From: Octopus vulgaris
Lineage: Eukaryota
Assembly: GCA_951406725.2 (NCBI GenBank)
Contig: OX597827.1
Coordinates: 39,928,001 to 39,992,000, forward strand
Direction of reading: 5' to 3'
DNA: 64,000 nt
Each line of letters begins with the position of its first letter. The stretch's first letter is position 1. This document shows positions 11,440 to 23,218 of this stretch, piece by piece. Below the pieces are notes generated by a model that made no database searches, was not told the origin of the DNA, and was given only the letters and a program-made list of their open reading frames with translations. The position numbers and the translations under genes were made by a program.

Positions 11440-14205
11440 TCAGGTGTAGTTTCGGCGGATTTCGGAAAGCATGAGGGCCTTAAAAGATGCAGTGTCATGG
11501 CAGTCAACAACTGACGCAGGCAGTTTATTCCATGCTTCAGCAACTCTGAGCATGAAAAAATGTTTCCGAAAGTCATGGGAGCTGTATTGTTTTCTGACTT
11601 TGTAGGCATGTCCACGTGTGTTAGACACATGGAGATCAAAAAGGTGTTCAGTGTTGTTGTTGGTGAGGTGGTTGATAACTTTGTGGGTGTTTACCAAGTC
11701 CGTCGCCAAACGCCGGAGCTTCAGTGAATCCATGCCCAGGGAAACAAGGCGTTCAGAATATGGTAGGTGTCTGATGGAGGGTATGCGTTTGGTTGCACGT
11801 CTCTGGACAGATTCCAGGAGGTCAATGTTCTGTGCAAGATAGGGGTTCCCAACTGATGATGCAAATTCCAAGTGTGGTCGTACCATAGCTGTATACAGTT
11901 TTAAATAGATGGCTGGAGAGCGGCTAACAAAAGACCTGCTGAGTGATGCCAAGACACCCTCGGCCTTCCTGACAATCTTAGAGATATGCTTTGACCAACG
12001 CAAATCACTGCTGACAGTGATGCCTAGGTCACGCTCGCAAGAGGATTTCTTGATATCAGTGTTGTGGAGGGAGTATGTGAACGCAGGGTTTTTTCTCCCA
12101 AAATGCATGGTGGTACACTTGTCCACAGCCAGTTTCAGTTGCCAGTCTGTGATCCATTGCTGCATTGTGTCTAGGTCTGATTGCAGGAAAGAGTTGTAGA
12201 CATCAGGATCTGTCCTCTTGATTTCAAGGTACAGCTTGATGTCGTCTGCATATTTCAATACTGTGGCATTCTTTAAATTGGCATCTATGTCGTTAATGTA
12301 TGCCACAAACAAGAGGGGACCAAGGACAGATCCCTGTGGTACACCCGATGACATCTCATATGGTGTAGAGTGCTGTCCTAGAACTGTGACTACCTCCTTT
12401 TGGCTGAGGATGAAGGATTTCAACCAGTTAAAAAGGTCATCCCCCACACCCATTGCAGAGAGTTTCACCATAAGCCTTTTGTGTGGCACAGAGTTGAAAG
12501 CCTTAGCAAAGTCAAGGTAGACAACATCCACCCATGAGCCACTGTCAGTAATCTGAGTAATGTCCTCAAGGAACTCGACAAGCTGGTCACTGCAGCTGGA
12601 GTTAGGGACAAATCCATATTGTGAGGGTCGGATGAGACTGTGAGAGCTCCAGAAGTTCCAGAGTGTTTCTCTGACACACGATTCCATCAGTTTTGCAATA
12701 CAGCTAGTGAGACTGACTGGGCGATAGTTGACAGGTGATGCGCGGTCGCCCTTTTTGAACAGAGGAATGACACTGGCAGTTTTCCACTGCTCCGGAGTAG
12801 CACCATTGTTGAGACAGTACTGGAAGAAAATAGAAAGCTGGTGTAAAAAGAAGTGCCTGCCACGTTTGAGAAGCAGGTATGTAACTCCATCGAGACCAGG
12901 GGAGGCATAGTTGCGCTTATTTTGAAGGTGACGTCGCAGCATTGCAGGTGTAAATTCCATAGTTGTTATGGAGTTTGCTGTTAGTGATGGTGAAGATGGT
13001 ACATTTTGACTTTCAACAGTGAATATGTTTGCATAGCACTCGGCAATGAGTTCTGCGCATTCCTTGGGGTCGTCAGTGATCTGGTTTGTGTGAGGGTTGC
13101 GAAGAGGGCCCACTGGAGAGTGAGGTCTCTGCTTTGAGTGCACATATTTCCAGAAAACCTTGCTGTCAGGATTGGCTGCTATGCACTGTTCAAATTCAAG
13201 CACTGCCTTTTTTGTCACTTGCTTGAGATGGTTGGAGGATTTATTCCGCTTCTTCCTGTTGGTGTCTGATTTATGCAACCTGTATTCCCGTTCAGCAGTC
13301 CGACGTTCCCTCCTGGCAAGTCGGACCGCTGAAGTTTCCCAAATTGCCCTTTTGGGGCGGTTCTTCTTTTTTTGTTTACGTGGCACTGATGCTGCACATG
13401 CTGCCCATATTGAGTCCAGGATACTCTGGAGTATAGTATTCACATCTCCAGAGTTGTAGAATTCACGCCAGTTTGGGTGCTGTAGTTCAGTGTGGTACAG
13501 GTTCCAATCTGCTCTCTTCCAATCGAAGGAAGCAGATTGGAGATGGTTCAGGTTTTTGTTGCCCGCAAGAGCCAGATTGGCGATGATCATAGCATGATCA
13601 GAGTCACCTAGAGGTTCCTCCGTAGTGCAATTGATAACCGCTTCAGGAGTTGTGGTGAAGAGCAGGTCCAAGGTGTTGTCGCCTCTTGTTGGAGAGGTGA
13701 CTACTTGTGACCAGTTTGAGTCCAGCACAAGCTCAACAAAATCGTTTGCACTCTGTGGCCAATGGAAGGTCTCCCAATCGATCTCAGGATGATTGAAATC
13801 GCCTGCAATAAACACATAAGTGGCTGTTTTCCTGGCAGCAGCTCGGAGGACATTGCAAAGCTGTGTGTCCCGATGGTAACTTGGGGGACGATAAACAACG
13901 CCAAGCAGGAGTGTTGACATGGTCATACGCACGTCACAGAAAAAAACTTCTTCTTGTGATTCGTTCAAATCGGCACAAGGAATTACCAAAAAATCTGAAC
14001 GAACGTAGACCATCACACCACCACCACGGCGGTTAGTGCGGTCCTTACGGAAGAGGTTGTACCCCGTAATGTTGAAAACCCCATCACAGAGTAAGGAATG
14101 CGCCCATGTTTCCGTGACAGTGATGAAGTCAGGGTCAACACTTCTGACGTAGGCGTTGAACAAATGTATTTTGTTGCATAAACTGCGAGCATTTAAGGAC
14201 AACAA
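11440..14205 (-). CDS. LINE ORF2: APE endonuclease plus reverse transcriptase (921 aa, uninterrupted)
   Basis: EN motifs NARS, TETW, GDFN, LDL, SDH; RT motifs NYRPVSL, YLDFAKAF, GVPQGSVLGP, YADD; C-terminal TRGH and WNKLP typical of the CR1 group. Confidence 0.95.
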   Translation of the reverse strand: MLSLNARSLCNKIHLFNAYVRSVDPDFITVTETWAHSLLCDGVFNITGYNLFRKDRTNRRGGGVMVYVRSDFLVIPCADLNESQEEVFFCDVRMTMSTLLLGVVYRPPSYHRDTQLCNVLRAAARKTATYVFIAGDFNHPEIDWETFHWPQSANDFVELVLDSNWSQVVTSPTRGDNTLDLLFTTTPEAVINCTTEEPLGDSDHAMIIANLALAGNKNLNHLQSASFDWKRADWNLYHTELQHPNWREFYNSGDVNTILQSILDSIWAACAASVPRKQKKKNRPKRAIWETSAVRLARRERRTAEREYRLHKSDTNRKKRNKSSNHLKQVTKKAVLEFEQCIAANPDSKVFWKYVHSKQRPHSPVGPLRNPHTNQITDDPKECAELIAECYANIFTVESQNVPSSPSLTANSITTMEFTPAMLRRHLQNKRNYASPGLDGVTYLLLKRGRHFFLHQLSIFFQYCLNNGATPEQWKTASVIPLFKKGDRASPVNYRPVSLTSCIAKLMESCVRETLWNFWSSHSLIRPSQYGFVPNSSCSDQLVEFLEDITQITDSGSWVDVVYLDFAKAFNSVPHKRLMVKLSAMGVGDDLFNWLKSFILSQKEVVTVLGQHSTPYEMSSGVPQGSVLGPLLFVAYINDIDANLKNATVLKYADDIKLYLEIKRTDPDVYNSFLQSDLDTMQQWITDWQLKLAVDKCTTMHFGRKNPAFTYSLHNTDIKKSSCERDLGITVSSDLRWSKHISKIVRKAEGVLASLSRSFVSRSPAIYLKLYTAMVRPHLEFASSVGNPYLAQNIDLLESVQRRATKRIPSIRHLPYSERLVSLGMDSLKLRRLATDLVNTHKVINHLTNNNTEHLFDLHVSNTRGHAYKVRKQYSSHDFRKHFFMLRVAEAWNKLPASVVDCHDTASFKALMLSEIRRNYT

Positions 14206-14261
14206 TTTGTACCCTGCTCGCAGTTTATGATGGTGTGTAGAGGATGGCAGGTTGTTCTGGC

Positions 14262-14375
14262 TTAGTTTCCCTGAGTTGCTGTAGTCTTTTTAGTTATTGT
14301 GGGTAGAGAGCACTCAGACCAGCTGGTATCTCTCTTCCACGTTTCAGCAGTCTTGACAAATCTCCAGATTTGTCC
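14262..14375 (-). CDS. Probable C-terminal fragment of LINE ORF1 (GQIWRFVKTAETWKRDTSWSECSLPTITKKTTATQGN*)
   Basis: Open frame from the truncation point to TAA at 14264-14262, overlapping the ORF2 reading frame, which is -1 relative to it. Confidence 0.65.
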   Translation of the reverse strand, partial: GQIWRFVKTAETWKRDTSWSECSLPTITKKTTATQGN

Positions 14376-14409
14376 ATATATATATATATATACATACATA
14401 TACATATAT

Positions 14410-14451
<42 letters not shown>

Positions 14452-14556
14452 GAAGGTTTGAAAATGCAATTTTAAAAGATGTTTATTCACTTGACCCATT
14501 TCACTTTTTTAGAAAAAGATTGTCAAAAGAAACATGTATTATCTTTGTTGTGTTAA

Positions 14557-14946
14557 GTACAGGTCATCACAAAAAATTACAATACATATATACATTCTTT
14601 GATAATAATAAGAAAATGTTAAAAACAGTTTACAGAAAAAATCTTGAGAAATTATTAAAAAGTTCATAGAAAATATTAGGATTTCATTAAAAATCATGTT
14701 TTTCTAAATATATCTCCTTCTGTGTATATATATACAACCAAAATATGACCTTTTTGAACTTATAATTTTCTGTGTATATATATATATAGATACTTCCAAA
14801 CAAACATGACTTTTAATGAAATCCTAATATTTTAATGAACTTTTTAATATTTTCCCAAGATTTTTCTTTGCAAACTGTTTTTAACATGTTCTTATTATCA
14901 TCAAAGAATGTATATATGTATTGTAATTCTTTGTGACAACCAGTAC
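14557..14946. repeat. Inverted repeat (~145-bp arms) just upstream of the LINE 5' junction
   Basis: 14557-14702 is approximately the reverse complement of 14802-14946. Confidence 0.8.
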
Positions 14947-15930
14947 ACTCTGTTTTTTCGTTGTTTAAGAAAAATGTCCAGTTCCTTGGTTTTGTGTTTA
15001 TGTTTTCGTTTCTCATTGTGTTCAACGGTTTTTTGGTGTCTTGTACCCATATATGCATGTAGATGTAGGTACGTACATATATGTATGTATATATGTATAT
15101 GTTTTATTTATTACTTTGTTATTACACGACAGAACGCACGCATCCATTTCTAAGTAAGTTTGTTCTTAATATTAATACTGATGCACACTCTTAACCTTTC
15201 TGTCCCGCTCCCTTTCTCAGCCTTCCTTCTTTCTGGTTTCCTTTTCTTCTACCTTACTGTCTCTCCCTCCTTCTCTCTCATTCTTCATTCTTTCTGGTTT
15301 TTTCTACAACCATTCCTCTTTTTTCTCTCCCCTTCCCTTTCTCTTACTCCTCCTCCCCTGTCCCATCGCTGGTCAGCGATGAGGAAACTACTGTCTTTTC
15401 TGACCTTGCTTCACCCGAGTGTAGACGGCATTTTCTGTGGCTCCTTCGCTGTTCTCAAAAATAGCATTCGTAATATTTTATCTCGTTCGGCTTAACAGCC
15501 CTTCTTGTCTGTGTTACTGTTATTCTACTTGTCCTGTCTTTTACTGATTATATTTTGTACTGTCGTTACTGTCCTGTTTTTGTTACCATTTTTACCCCTC
15601 CACAAAAAAATCTCAAATTTTATTTAATTTGATTTTCGCGGGAAGGAATGTTTCAGCCGAAGTCGCGTCTTGCCTTCACCTTCGAAACGCAGAGTAGATG
15701 AAACCATGGTGACTGAAGAAGGGGAATTTTCCTTGTGTTATTTGTCCTGTACTCTATATTTTCGTTGTTTAAGAAAAATGTCCAGTTCCTTGGTTTTGTG
15801 TTTATGTTTTCGTTTCTCATTGTGTTCGACATTTTTTTGGTGTCCTGTACCCATATATGCATGCATATATACATGTAGATGTAGGTACATACATATATGT
15901 ATGTATATATGCATATGTTTTATTTATTAA
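14945..15930. mobile_element. Penelope-like remnant with ~170-bp direct terminal repeats
   Basis: 14945-15115 is repeated at 15748-15925; contains cttcgaaac...ctgaagaagggg; related copy at 18650-19130. Confidence 0.5.
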
Positions 15931-16743
15931 TTTGTTATATATATATATATATATATACTAGCTGAACTCATGAAAAATTCACAGAAAATATAAAAAATGT
16001 AAGCTTCTGTAAATTGTGTGCTGGTGTCATGAGAAATATTTTTATATTGCGACAGAGAGCTGACGGAAACATTAGCACACCAGACGAAATGCTTAGCGGT
16101 ATTTCGTCTGTCTTAGCGGTATTTCGTCTGTCTTAGTGGTATTTCGTCTGTCTTAGCGGTATTTCATCTGTCTTAGCGGTATTTCATCTGAGTTCAAATT
16201 CTGCCAAGGTTGACTTTGCCTTTCATCCTTTTGGGGTCAATAAATTAAGTACCAGTTGCGTAATGAAGTCGATCTAATCGACTGGCCCTCTCCCACAAAA
16301 ATTTCAGGACTTGGAACTGTAGTAGAAAAGTATATTGTGACAGTTACAGAATATAGAAAGAAGTGTAAAACCGATAACTATATAATCCAACCAAAATATC
16401 TTAGTTAAGCAAACATAAACAGAATTACTATTTAGCCTTCAAATACATCATACATATTCAGAGAACCCTCTTGATTTAGTAGTACAAAACGTTGTATTCT
16501 TTTATTCTTTTACTTGTTTCAGTCATTTGACCATGGCCATGCTGGAGCACTGCCCTTTAGTTGAAGAACGTGACCCCTGAACTTATTCCCTGGACTTTTT
16601 CCTTGTAAGTGGTTATTCTATCAAACTCTTCTGCTGAACAGCTAAGTTTCAGGGATGCAAACACACCAACATCGGTTGTCACACAATGGTGGGAGGGGGA
16701 CAAACACAGACACACACTCACACACACATAAGTATATACATAT

Positions 16744-16793
<50 letters not shown>

Positions 16794-17558
16794 CTGGTTT
16801 GGAGGTGGTGGTGATGCTGGCTAGTGCGATCTTGTGGTTTGCTGGTATGCTGAGAGAGATCCAGCTCTGTTTCTCCTATTTTCTAAGTACATCTGCCTTT
16901 GCTCTTGACTCATGTGTTCTTGATTCTGTAGATCTCTATCTCTCTTATTTTGAATCCTCTGCCATAGGATACATTCCCTCTCCTCTTGGCTTATTTCATT
17001 TCTTCTCTGTCTCCTCCTCACGCGATTTTGATTCCTTATTTCCAGCCGCTGTTCCTCACGCAACAGTTCTCTCCTATGCTGATGCTCTTGTGCTGTTTCC
17101 TTCATGTGATTATTCATATTTTAAAACTTGTTATTAAAACAATAAATCTCCAAAATGATTCAGAGTGGTTCAATTGAAAAGCATATACGAATGTATTAGA
17201 CAGTTTTTGTTTAAAAGGTGAAAATATTTCTGAAATACTTACCTAATATGCAAGAACACATTATATAGGATACAGTAATTAATTATATTGCAGGTAAGTA
17301 AAAAGTAAAGGGGAAAAAATAGAATTAATATATTTGATTTTGTTCAGTTCTATGAATTTAATTTTTTAAAATGCTTTCATCAATTGCTTGATACAAGAAA
17401 AAATAAATTGGAAAAATCCTGACCAAAACAGAGAAATTCCAACTTCATAAAAAATATAGAAAGAAAAAGTTGCATTTATTTCCACCATGTGACACTTATT
17501 ATCGCACACACTCACACATGCACACATATATTTATATATGTGTATATGTTTGTGTGTT

Positions 17559-17602
<44 letters not shown>

Positions 17603-17989
17603 TTTTAGTTTTTGTTTACTTATACACATCAACAAACAAGCCAATTGAACAACTTTGTGTGGTTGTTCAGTTTGCTAGAAATAACAGCCAAATCTCTCTC
17701 ATACTGTGCTCCTGTTAGTATTAAGGAAAGGGAAAATAGAATTAATATTTTTGATCTTGTCCGGCTCGAGGAATTTTTCTTTTAAATGCTTTCATCCATT
17801 ACTTGATAGAAGAAAAAAGAAATTGGAAAAATCCTGACCAAAACAGAGAAATTCTAACAAAAATATAGAAAGAGAAAGAAAATGTATTCAAAAGCCAAAA
17901 GATGTTTTTTAGCTGAGGTGTAATTTTATAATTAAAACAAATTCAAAATTAAAAAATAAAAATGCAGCTTCTTGAGATCCAGAGTGAAT

Positions 17990-18593
17990 TGCAGAAGGTC
18001 CTCAACTCTAACTTACAGAAAATGTCAGTGGTTTAATCGTGGAGAAGAGCTAGCTCAGCAGCCCAGAAGTGGTCTGCATCTAAGGAAGATTCTTTTGAAT
18101 GTTTAGTTGGATATGCATGGAATAGTTTATCATGATCTGCTTGATAATAATCACCAGTAGCTCCTGGTGTACACTGCCAACAACCAACACACTTGAAAGC
18201 AGCTTTACAGCAAAAACATCCATCATAACAAACACACGAGTCATCCTTCATCGTGATAATAATGCACTAAAGACCAAAGATCTCCTAGGAAAATATGCAT
18301 GGGAAATTATACATAACCCACCATATTCTTCATATCTTACATCTCTTTACAATTTTACAGAATCATTTGCATGGATTAAGACTTATTTCAAGAGCAGAAG
18401 TTAAAAACTAGTTAATTTCCTTTTCCACTTCTAAGCTTAAGGATTTTATCAATGTGGAATCAAAAAGCTTATTGACAGATGAAAAGAAGTCATAGAGAAG
18501 AATGATGACTATATTAACAATAAAATAGATCGGATATTGCTTTTTTTAAATGTTTTATTGAACCTTAAAAAACAAAACTTTTGTTACAACCTG

Positions 18594-18595
<2 letters not shown>
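17990..18595 (+). mobile_element. Decayed mariner fragment (C-terminal half)
   Basis: VILHRDN and WEIIHNPPYSSYL motifs. Confidence 0.65.
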
Positions 18596-18648
<53 letters not shown>

Positions 18649-19128
18649 AGAAAAAAAGGCTCTTTCGTTCGTCCTCTTGTGTATTTGATTTCCTGTATTG
18701 TATTCTCTTTTTATTTTCTCGTTTTGTAATTAATTGTATTTTTTGTACATGTATTTTTATTTTTGCAGTTTTATTGTTACGTCTTGTTCGTGTTCGTACT
18801 CATTTTGCCCCGCAGCTTGGAATTTTATTTTAATTTTCTCGCAGGAAGGCCTATTGGATTAGTGTTCTGTCTCTGCCTTCGAAACATGCCTGACTCCACT
18901 AGCGACAGCTGATGACGGGGGTTTTGTCCTTGTGTAGCTCGTCCTGTAATTGTTTTTCGTTTTTCGTTTTCTTGTTTTTCGTTTTCTTGTTTTTTGTTTT
19001 TTCCATTTCTACGTCTTATTGTGATGTCCTGTACTCACGTATAATTATTTATATATGCATGTATATATACATGTAGATGTAGGTACGTACATATATGTTT
19101 GTATGTATGCATATATTTTTATTTATCA

Positions 19129-19167
<39 letters not shown>

Positions 19168-19272
19168 CCTCCTCTCTGTTAGGAAGCACAAGAACCTATA
19201 CACACGGAAACTTCTGCCTACCAAATTCAATCATAAGGCTTCAATATACATATATGTATGTATGTATGTATG

Positions 19273-19691
19273 TATAAAAGAAAAAGAAAATGGAGATTGG
19301 GAAGGTAATAATTGTTTATTAATAACAAATCAATCATCATCCCTTACAGCTGTTTCAATTAAAACTCAGTGAATTAATTAAATATTAAATTCACATGCCC
19401 TGAGCATAATATCTTCAGAGGGAAAAAAAATATACCCTTGGATGTTTTATATTTGTGTTTATGGATTCATTATATCAGTCTGATATAATGAATCCATAAA
19501 CACATATTTCAAACATCTAAGGGTATAATATCTTTTTACCCTCTAAAGATATTATGCTCAGGGCATGTGAATTTAAGATTTAATTAATTCACTGAGTTTT
19601 AATTGAAACAGCTGTAAGGAATGATGATTGATTTGTTATTAATAAACAATTATTACCTTCCCAATCTCCATTTTCTTTTTCCTCTTTTATA
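19273..19691. repeat. Foldback palindrome with ~205-bp arms, each carrying a hammerhead-like motif
   Basis: Arms are reverse complements around ttatatcagtctgatataa. Confidence 0.9.
19340..19423 (-). ncRNA. Type I hammerhead-like ribozyme with long stem II and palindromic stem III
   Basis: UCCCU-CUGAAGA-[long stem II]-GAAA-CAGCUG-UA^-AGGGA; the 10.1-11.1 position is a U-U mismatch. Confidence 0.6.
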
Positions 19692-20016
19692 TGAATATAA
19701 ACCATATGGTTTTATATATATATATATCTCTTATTTTAAAGAAATCGATTCCCCCAAAATATTAGGTATTGAACCAGTGTTTCCTTGCAAGAAACCATCT
19801 CTTCATGAGGCTAACATAACCTCTAATTGAAAATATATATATATATATATATTTCATAGCTGCACTTGTTTGGGAAGAGTTACTTGACATCTTGTGCACT
19901 TGAAACTGAAACAATTATATCATGGGGCAATCATTTTTAGACATCACACAACTGTTATATTCAATTGTAAAGTGTCAAAATAGATTTCAAGGAATTGCAT
20001 CAGTAAGTCATAAAAA

Positions 20017-21195
20017 TATTGGGTCCTCCTATAAATAATGCAATTTTTTTCAATTGCATCAATTAAAGGTCGGTGGATGACAAGATAAACTACTTGCAAC
20101 AACTTGCTATAAAAGCAGGTAGTAATTTTACCTTGACCTTATTCTTAGTGCAAGTTTTGAAGAGTGCAGTTCGATTTTAACAGTTATTTTTTTCAAAGCT
20201 ATAATGGAAGTGACAAAGGAGCATATTCAGCATATTTTACATTATGAGTTCAATAAAGGCAACAACACAATGGAAAATGCAAGGAATATCAATGCAGTAT
20301 ATAGGGATCGGACAATAAGCGTAACCCAGTGTCAATGGTTGTTCCAGAAATTCCAAGCCAGAAACTACAGCCTAAAAGACAGGCCTTGTCCTTGAAGATT
20401 TGTAGAGCTCAACAAGGATGTTCTGCAAACCCTGGTGGAACAAAATCCCATCGTAACTGTTGAGAAGCTTGGATTTGATCATTCAACCATTCGTCGATAT
20501 GTGTGTGCCATCAGAGAAGTCAGCAAATTGGATCAATGGGTTCCTCACGTATTTTCTGGGTCTAATCACATGCAGAAAGTGAATGTGTGCTCTTTTTTGC
20601 TGTCATGTCTCACGAATCAACATTTTTTGGACCGAATAGCAACTGGTGATGTGACATAGGTTCTCTATAAAAATGTCAAGCCCTGAAGACAATGGGTAAG
20701 GAAAGGAGAAACGCTGGCACCCCACCTACGTAAGGTGTTGTTATCAGTTTGGTGGGATATGAAAGGTTTAGTCCACTTTGAACTTTTAAACCCAAACCAG
20801 ACAATAACAAAGGAGATCTACTGCAAGCAGCTTGAGTGGCTTAAGTCAGAGCTAGAAGTAAAATGACCATCTTTGGTTTCAAGACAAAAGGTGTTCTTCC
20901 ATCACGATAGTGCTTGGTCACATACAGCGAGGATGACATTCCAAGGGCTGGAGCAATTTGAATGAGAAACGATGCCCCACCCATCATATTCACTGGACAT
21001 TGACCCATATCATTATCATTTATCCTGCAGTCTTCAAAATCATTTGGATGGAAAAAATATGAATTATGTAGATGAGGTTAGAACAGTACTGGAGGAGTAT
21101 TTTCCTCATGGACAAGTAAATTTTGGAAAAGGAACTTTGCAAGTCTACCAGATAGATGGAAAAGCATTGTAGAAAATGAAGGAGAGTATGCTATA
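20017..21195 (+). mobile_element. Decayed mariner transposon
   Basis: Fragmented transposase: HILHYEFNKG, WVPH, IATGD, PHPSYSLDIDP (YSPDLAP-like); multiple stops and frameshifts. Confidence 0.88.
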
Positions 21196-21196
21196 T

Positions 21197-21805
21197 TAAA
21201 CAGTAACAGTACAGAATCATAAAATATATTTGCCAACTAAATGTGGCAGTCCCATAGAGGGTGATGTTACTTTTGATTTTAGCCCCAGAAAGACATCTCC
21301 TCCCGCTGGCTAACGACACACTGTCTGTGTCCGATTAGTATTTGTGAGGGAAAGTCATCGCTCTCATCTCTAGCTTTACGTGATACACACAAACCCAAGT
21401 TTCTGGGTAGTTACTTGTCTTCAGTGTGTGATAATCATCAGCTAGTTATGAAAACTCATTCCACTCGCAAAATACCATAAGCTTTTTCCAGCGACAAACT
21501 GTCACTGATCTTGGAAAAGGAGAAATAATCTATGTTAAATCTCTGAGTGAGAGGTAAACAGTAAGAGTATGGAATCATAAAATATATTTGCCTACTAAAT
21601 GTGGCAGTCCCACAGAGAACAATGTTACTGTTGTTTTTAGCCTCAGGAAGACATCTCCTCCAGCTGGCTAATGACACACTGTCTGTGTCTGATTAATATA
21701 TGTGAGGGGAGGTCATCGCTCTCATCTCTAGCCTTACGTGATGCACACAAACCCAGATGTTTGAGTAATTACCTGTTTTCATCATGTGATAATCACCAGC
21801 TAGTG
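21197..21805 (+). repeat. Two ~250-bp direct repeats separated by ~105 bp
   Basis: 21197-21448 is similar to 21555-21805. Confidence 0.8.
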
Positions 21806-23218
21806 ATTATGGTCCTGAGTTCAATTCCTGGTGATGCATTGTGTCCTTGAGCAACACACTCTATCTTCATGTTGCTCCAGTCCACTCAGGTGATAAAAAT
21901 GTGTAGAACCTGTATTTCAAAGGAACAGCTTTGTCACACTGTGTATCACACTGAATCTCCCCCGAGAACTACCTTAAGGGTACATATGTCAGTGGAGTGC
22001 TCACCCACTTGGAAGTTAATTTCACAAGTAAGCTGTTCCATTTATCAGACCAACTGGAACCCTCATCATCGTAACCAATGGAGTGCCAGTTTCTCCTCTT
22101 CATCAAAGAGTTACTCACAAAAGATCACAATGAAAATTTATAAATATTTATGAATAGTTTGGGATCAATCATGACAGAAGTCTCTAGTAAAGGAACAACA
22201 CAGAAGGAAAGATTTGACATATATTTTTTTTTTAAATCTGATTGTACCACCTCACAGCTTCATAAATTTTTTCAGTGACAAATTTTTTTGGGGGGTCTTC
22301 TACTACAGTTTGGCTTAATTAGACAAATCTCCTCAATGGCCAATTAGCTTCACAATCGGTCTCATGACATTGCACCCAAATAGTCAGAGAAAAACAATTG
22401 GTTCTATATCCAATGGGATAAAAAGCATTCATGACAAGTGTGAAATAGCTTATAAAGTGCTTTTGAGCATGGGAATAAATCCTGAGGAGCTTTACTTATG
22501 AACAATAACATACACACACATGTTCCTATCTATCTGTCTGTTTATCTATCTATCGATATCATCTACATAGATGTGCATGTGCGTGTGTGTATAAATGTAT
22601 ATTCAAAAACACATTGGATAAACTAACACCAATATCAGACTAGCCAGCCCTTCAAGGATATACTCAGGAAAGATCAGCCACTACAAACTCAATCATAGAC
22701 CAACTTCTGGTCATAAAGTGACAACAAAACAGAAAGAAAATAAATTAAAGTGATGCTCCAGCATGGCTGAAACCATTAAAAGGATAAAAGACTATATAAA
22801 TGCATACCTAAAACAAAAACAAAATACAAAAAAAAAAGAGATCAATCAAAATGATTAGTTTAATTTTGAGAGAAATGGAAAGGGTTGGTGGTTATAAAGC
22901 TTCCAAGGAGGAAATAGAGGAGGAAACTGAACAGAGACTGGAAAAGGAAGAAGAAATAAATAAATTAAAAAGTGCAATTATGGTGAGAAAGCCATGTGGA
23001 GTTGATTTATATGATGGCCATTGACTGACTGGAAGTCGGATGGTTGGCTGCATATAGTATTTTAAGACAAGAGTAAATGCAAGAAGTCTAGAGAGTATGC
23101 GTGATGTGGAACTAGTTTTTTTTAATGTATGCTTGGATTTTTGAATGCCATGTGTTCAGTGTGTATGTGATTGCATGTGCGTTCAAGTGCAAACGTGTTT
23201 GTTTATACCTGTCATATA

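Larger units (their letters stand above)
11363..14376 (-). mobile_element. 5'-truncated CR1-group (CR1/L2/Daphne-like) non-LTR retrotransposon inserted in a (TA)n tract
   Basis: ORF1 tail, intact ORF2, ~50-nt 3'UTR with an AGTGC-acctga-GCACT hairpin, (ATT)n tail; TA-rich microsatellite on both sides; GC content far above the flanks. Confidence 0.93.

Noticed and set aside
11618-13904. Short ORFs overlapping the LINE in other frames or on the other strand
   Set aside because: Shadow ORFs of the GC-rich ORF2
16092-16190. Regularly repeated 20-mers resembling a CRISPR array
   Set aside because: No spacers, eukaryotic context, and it lies within a SINE
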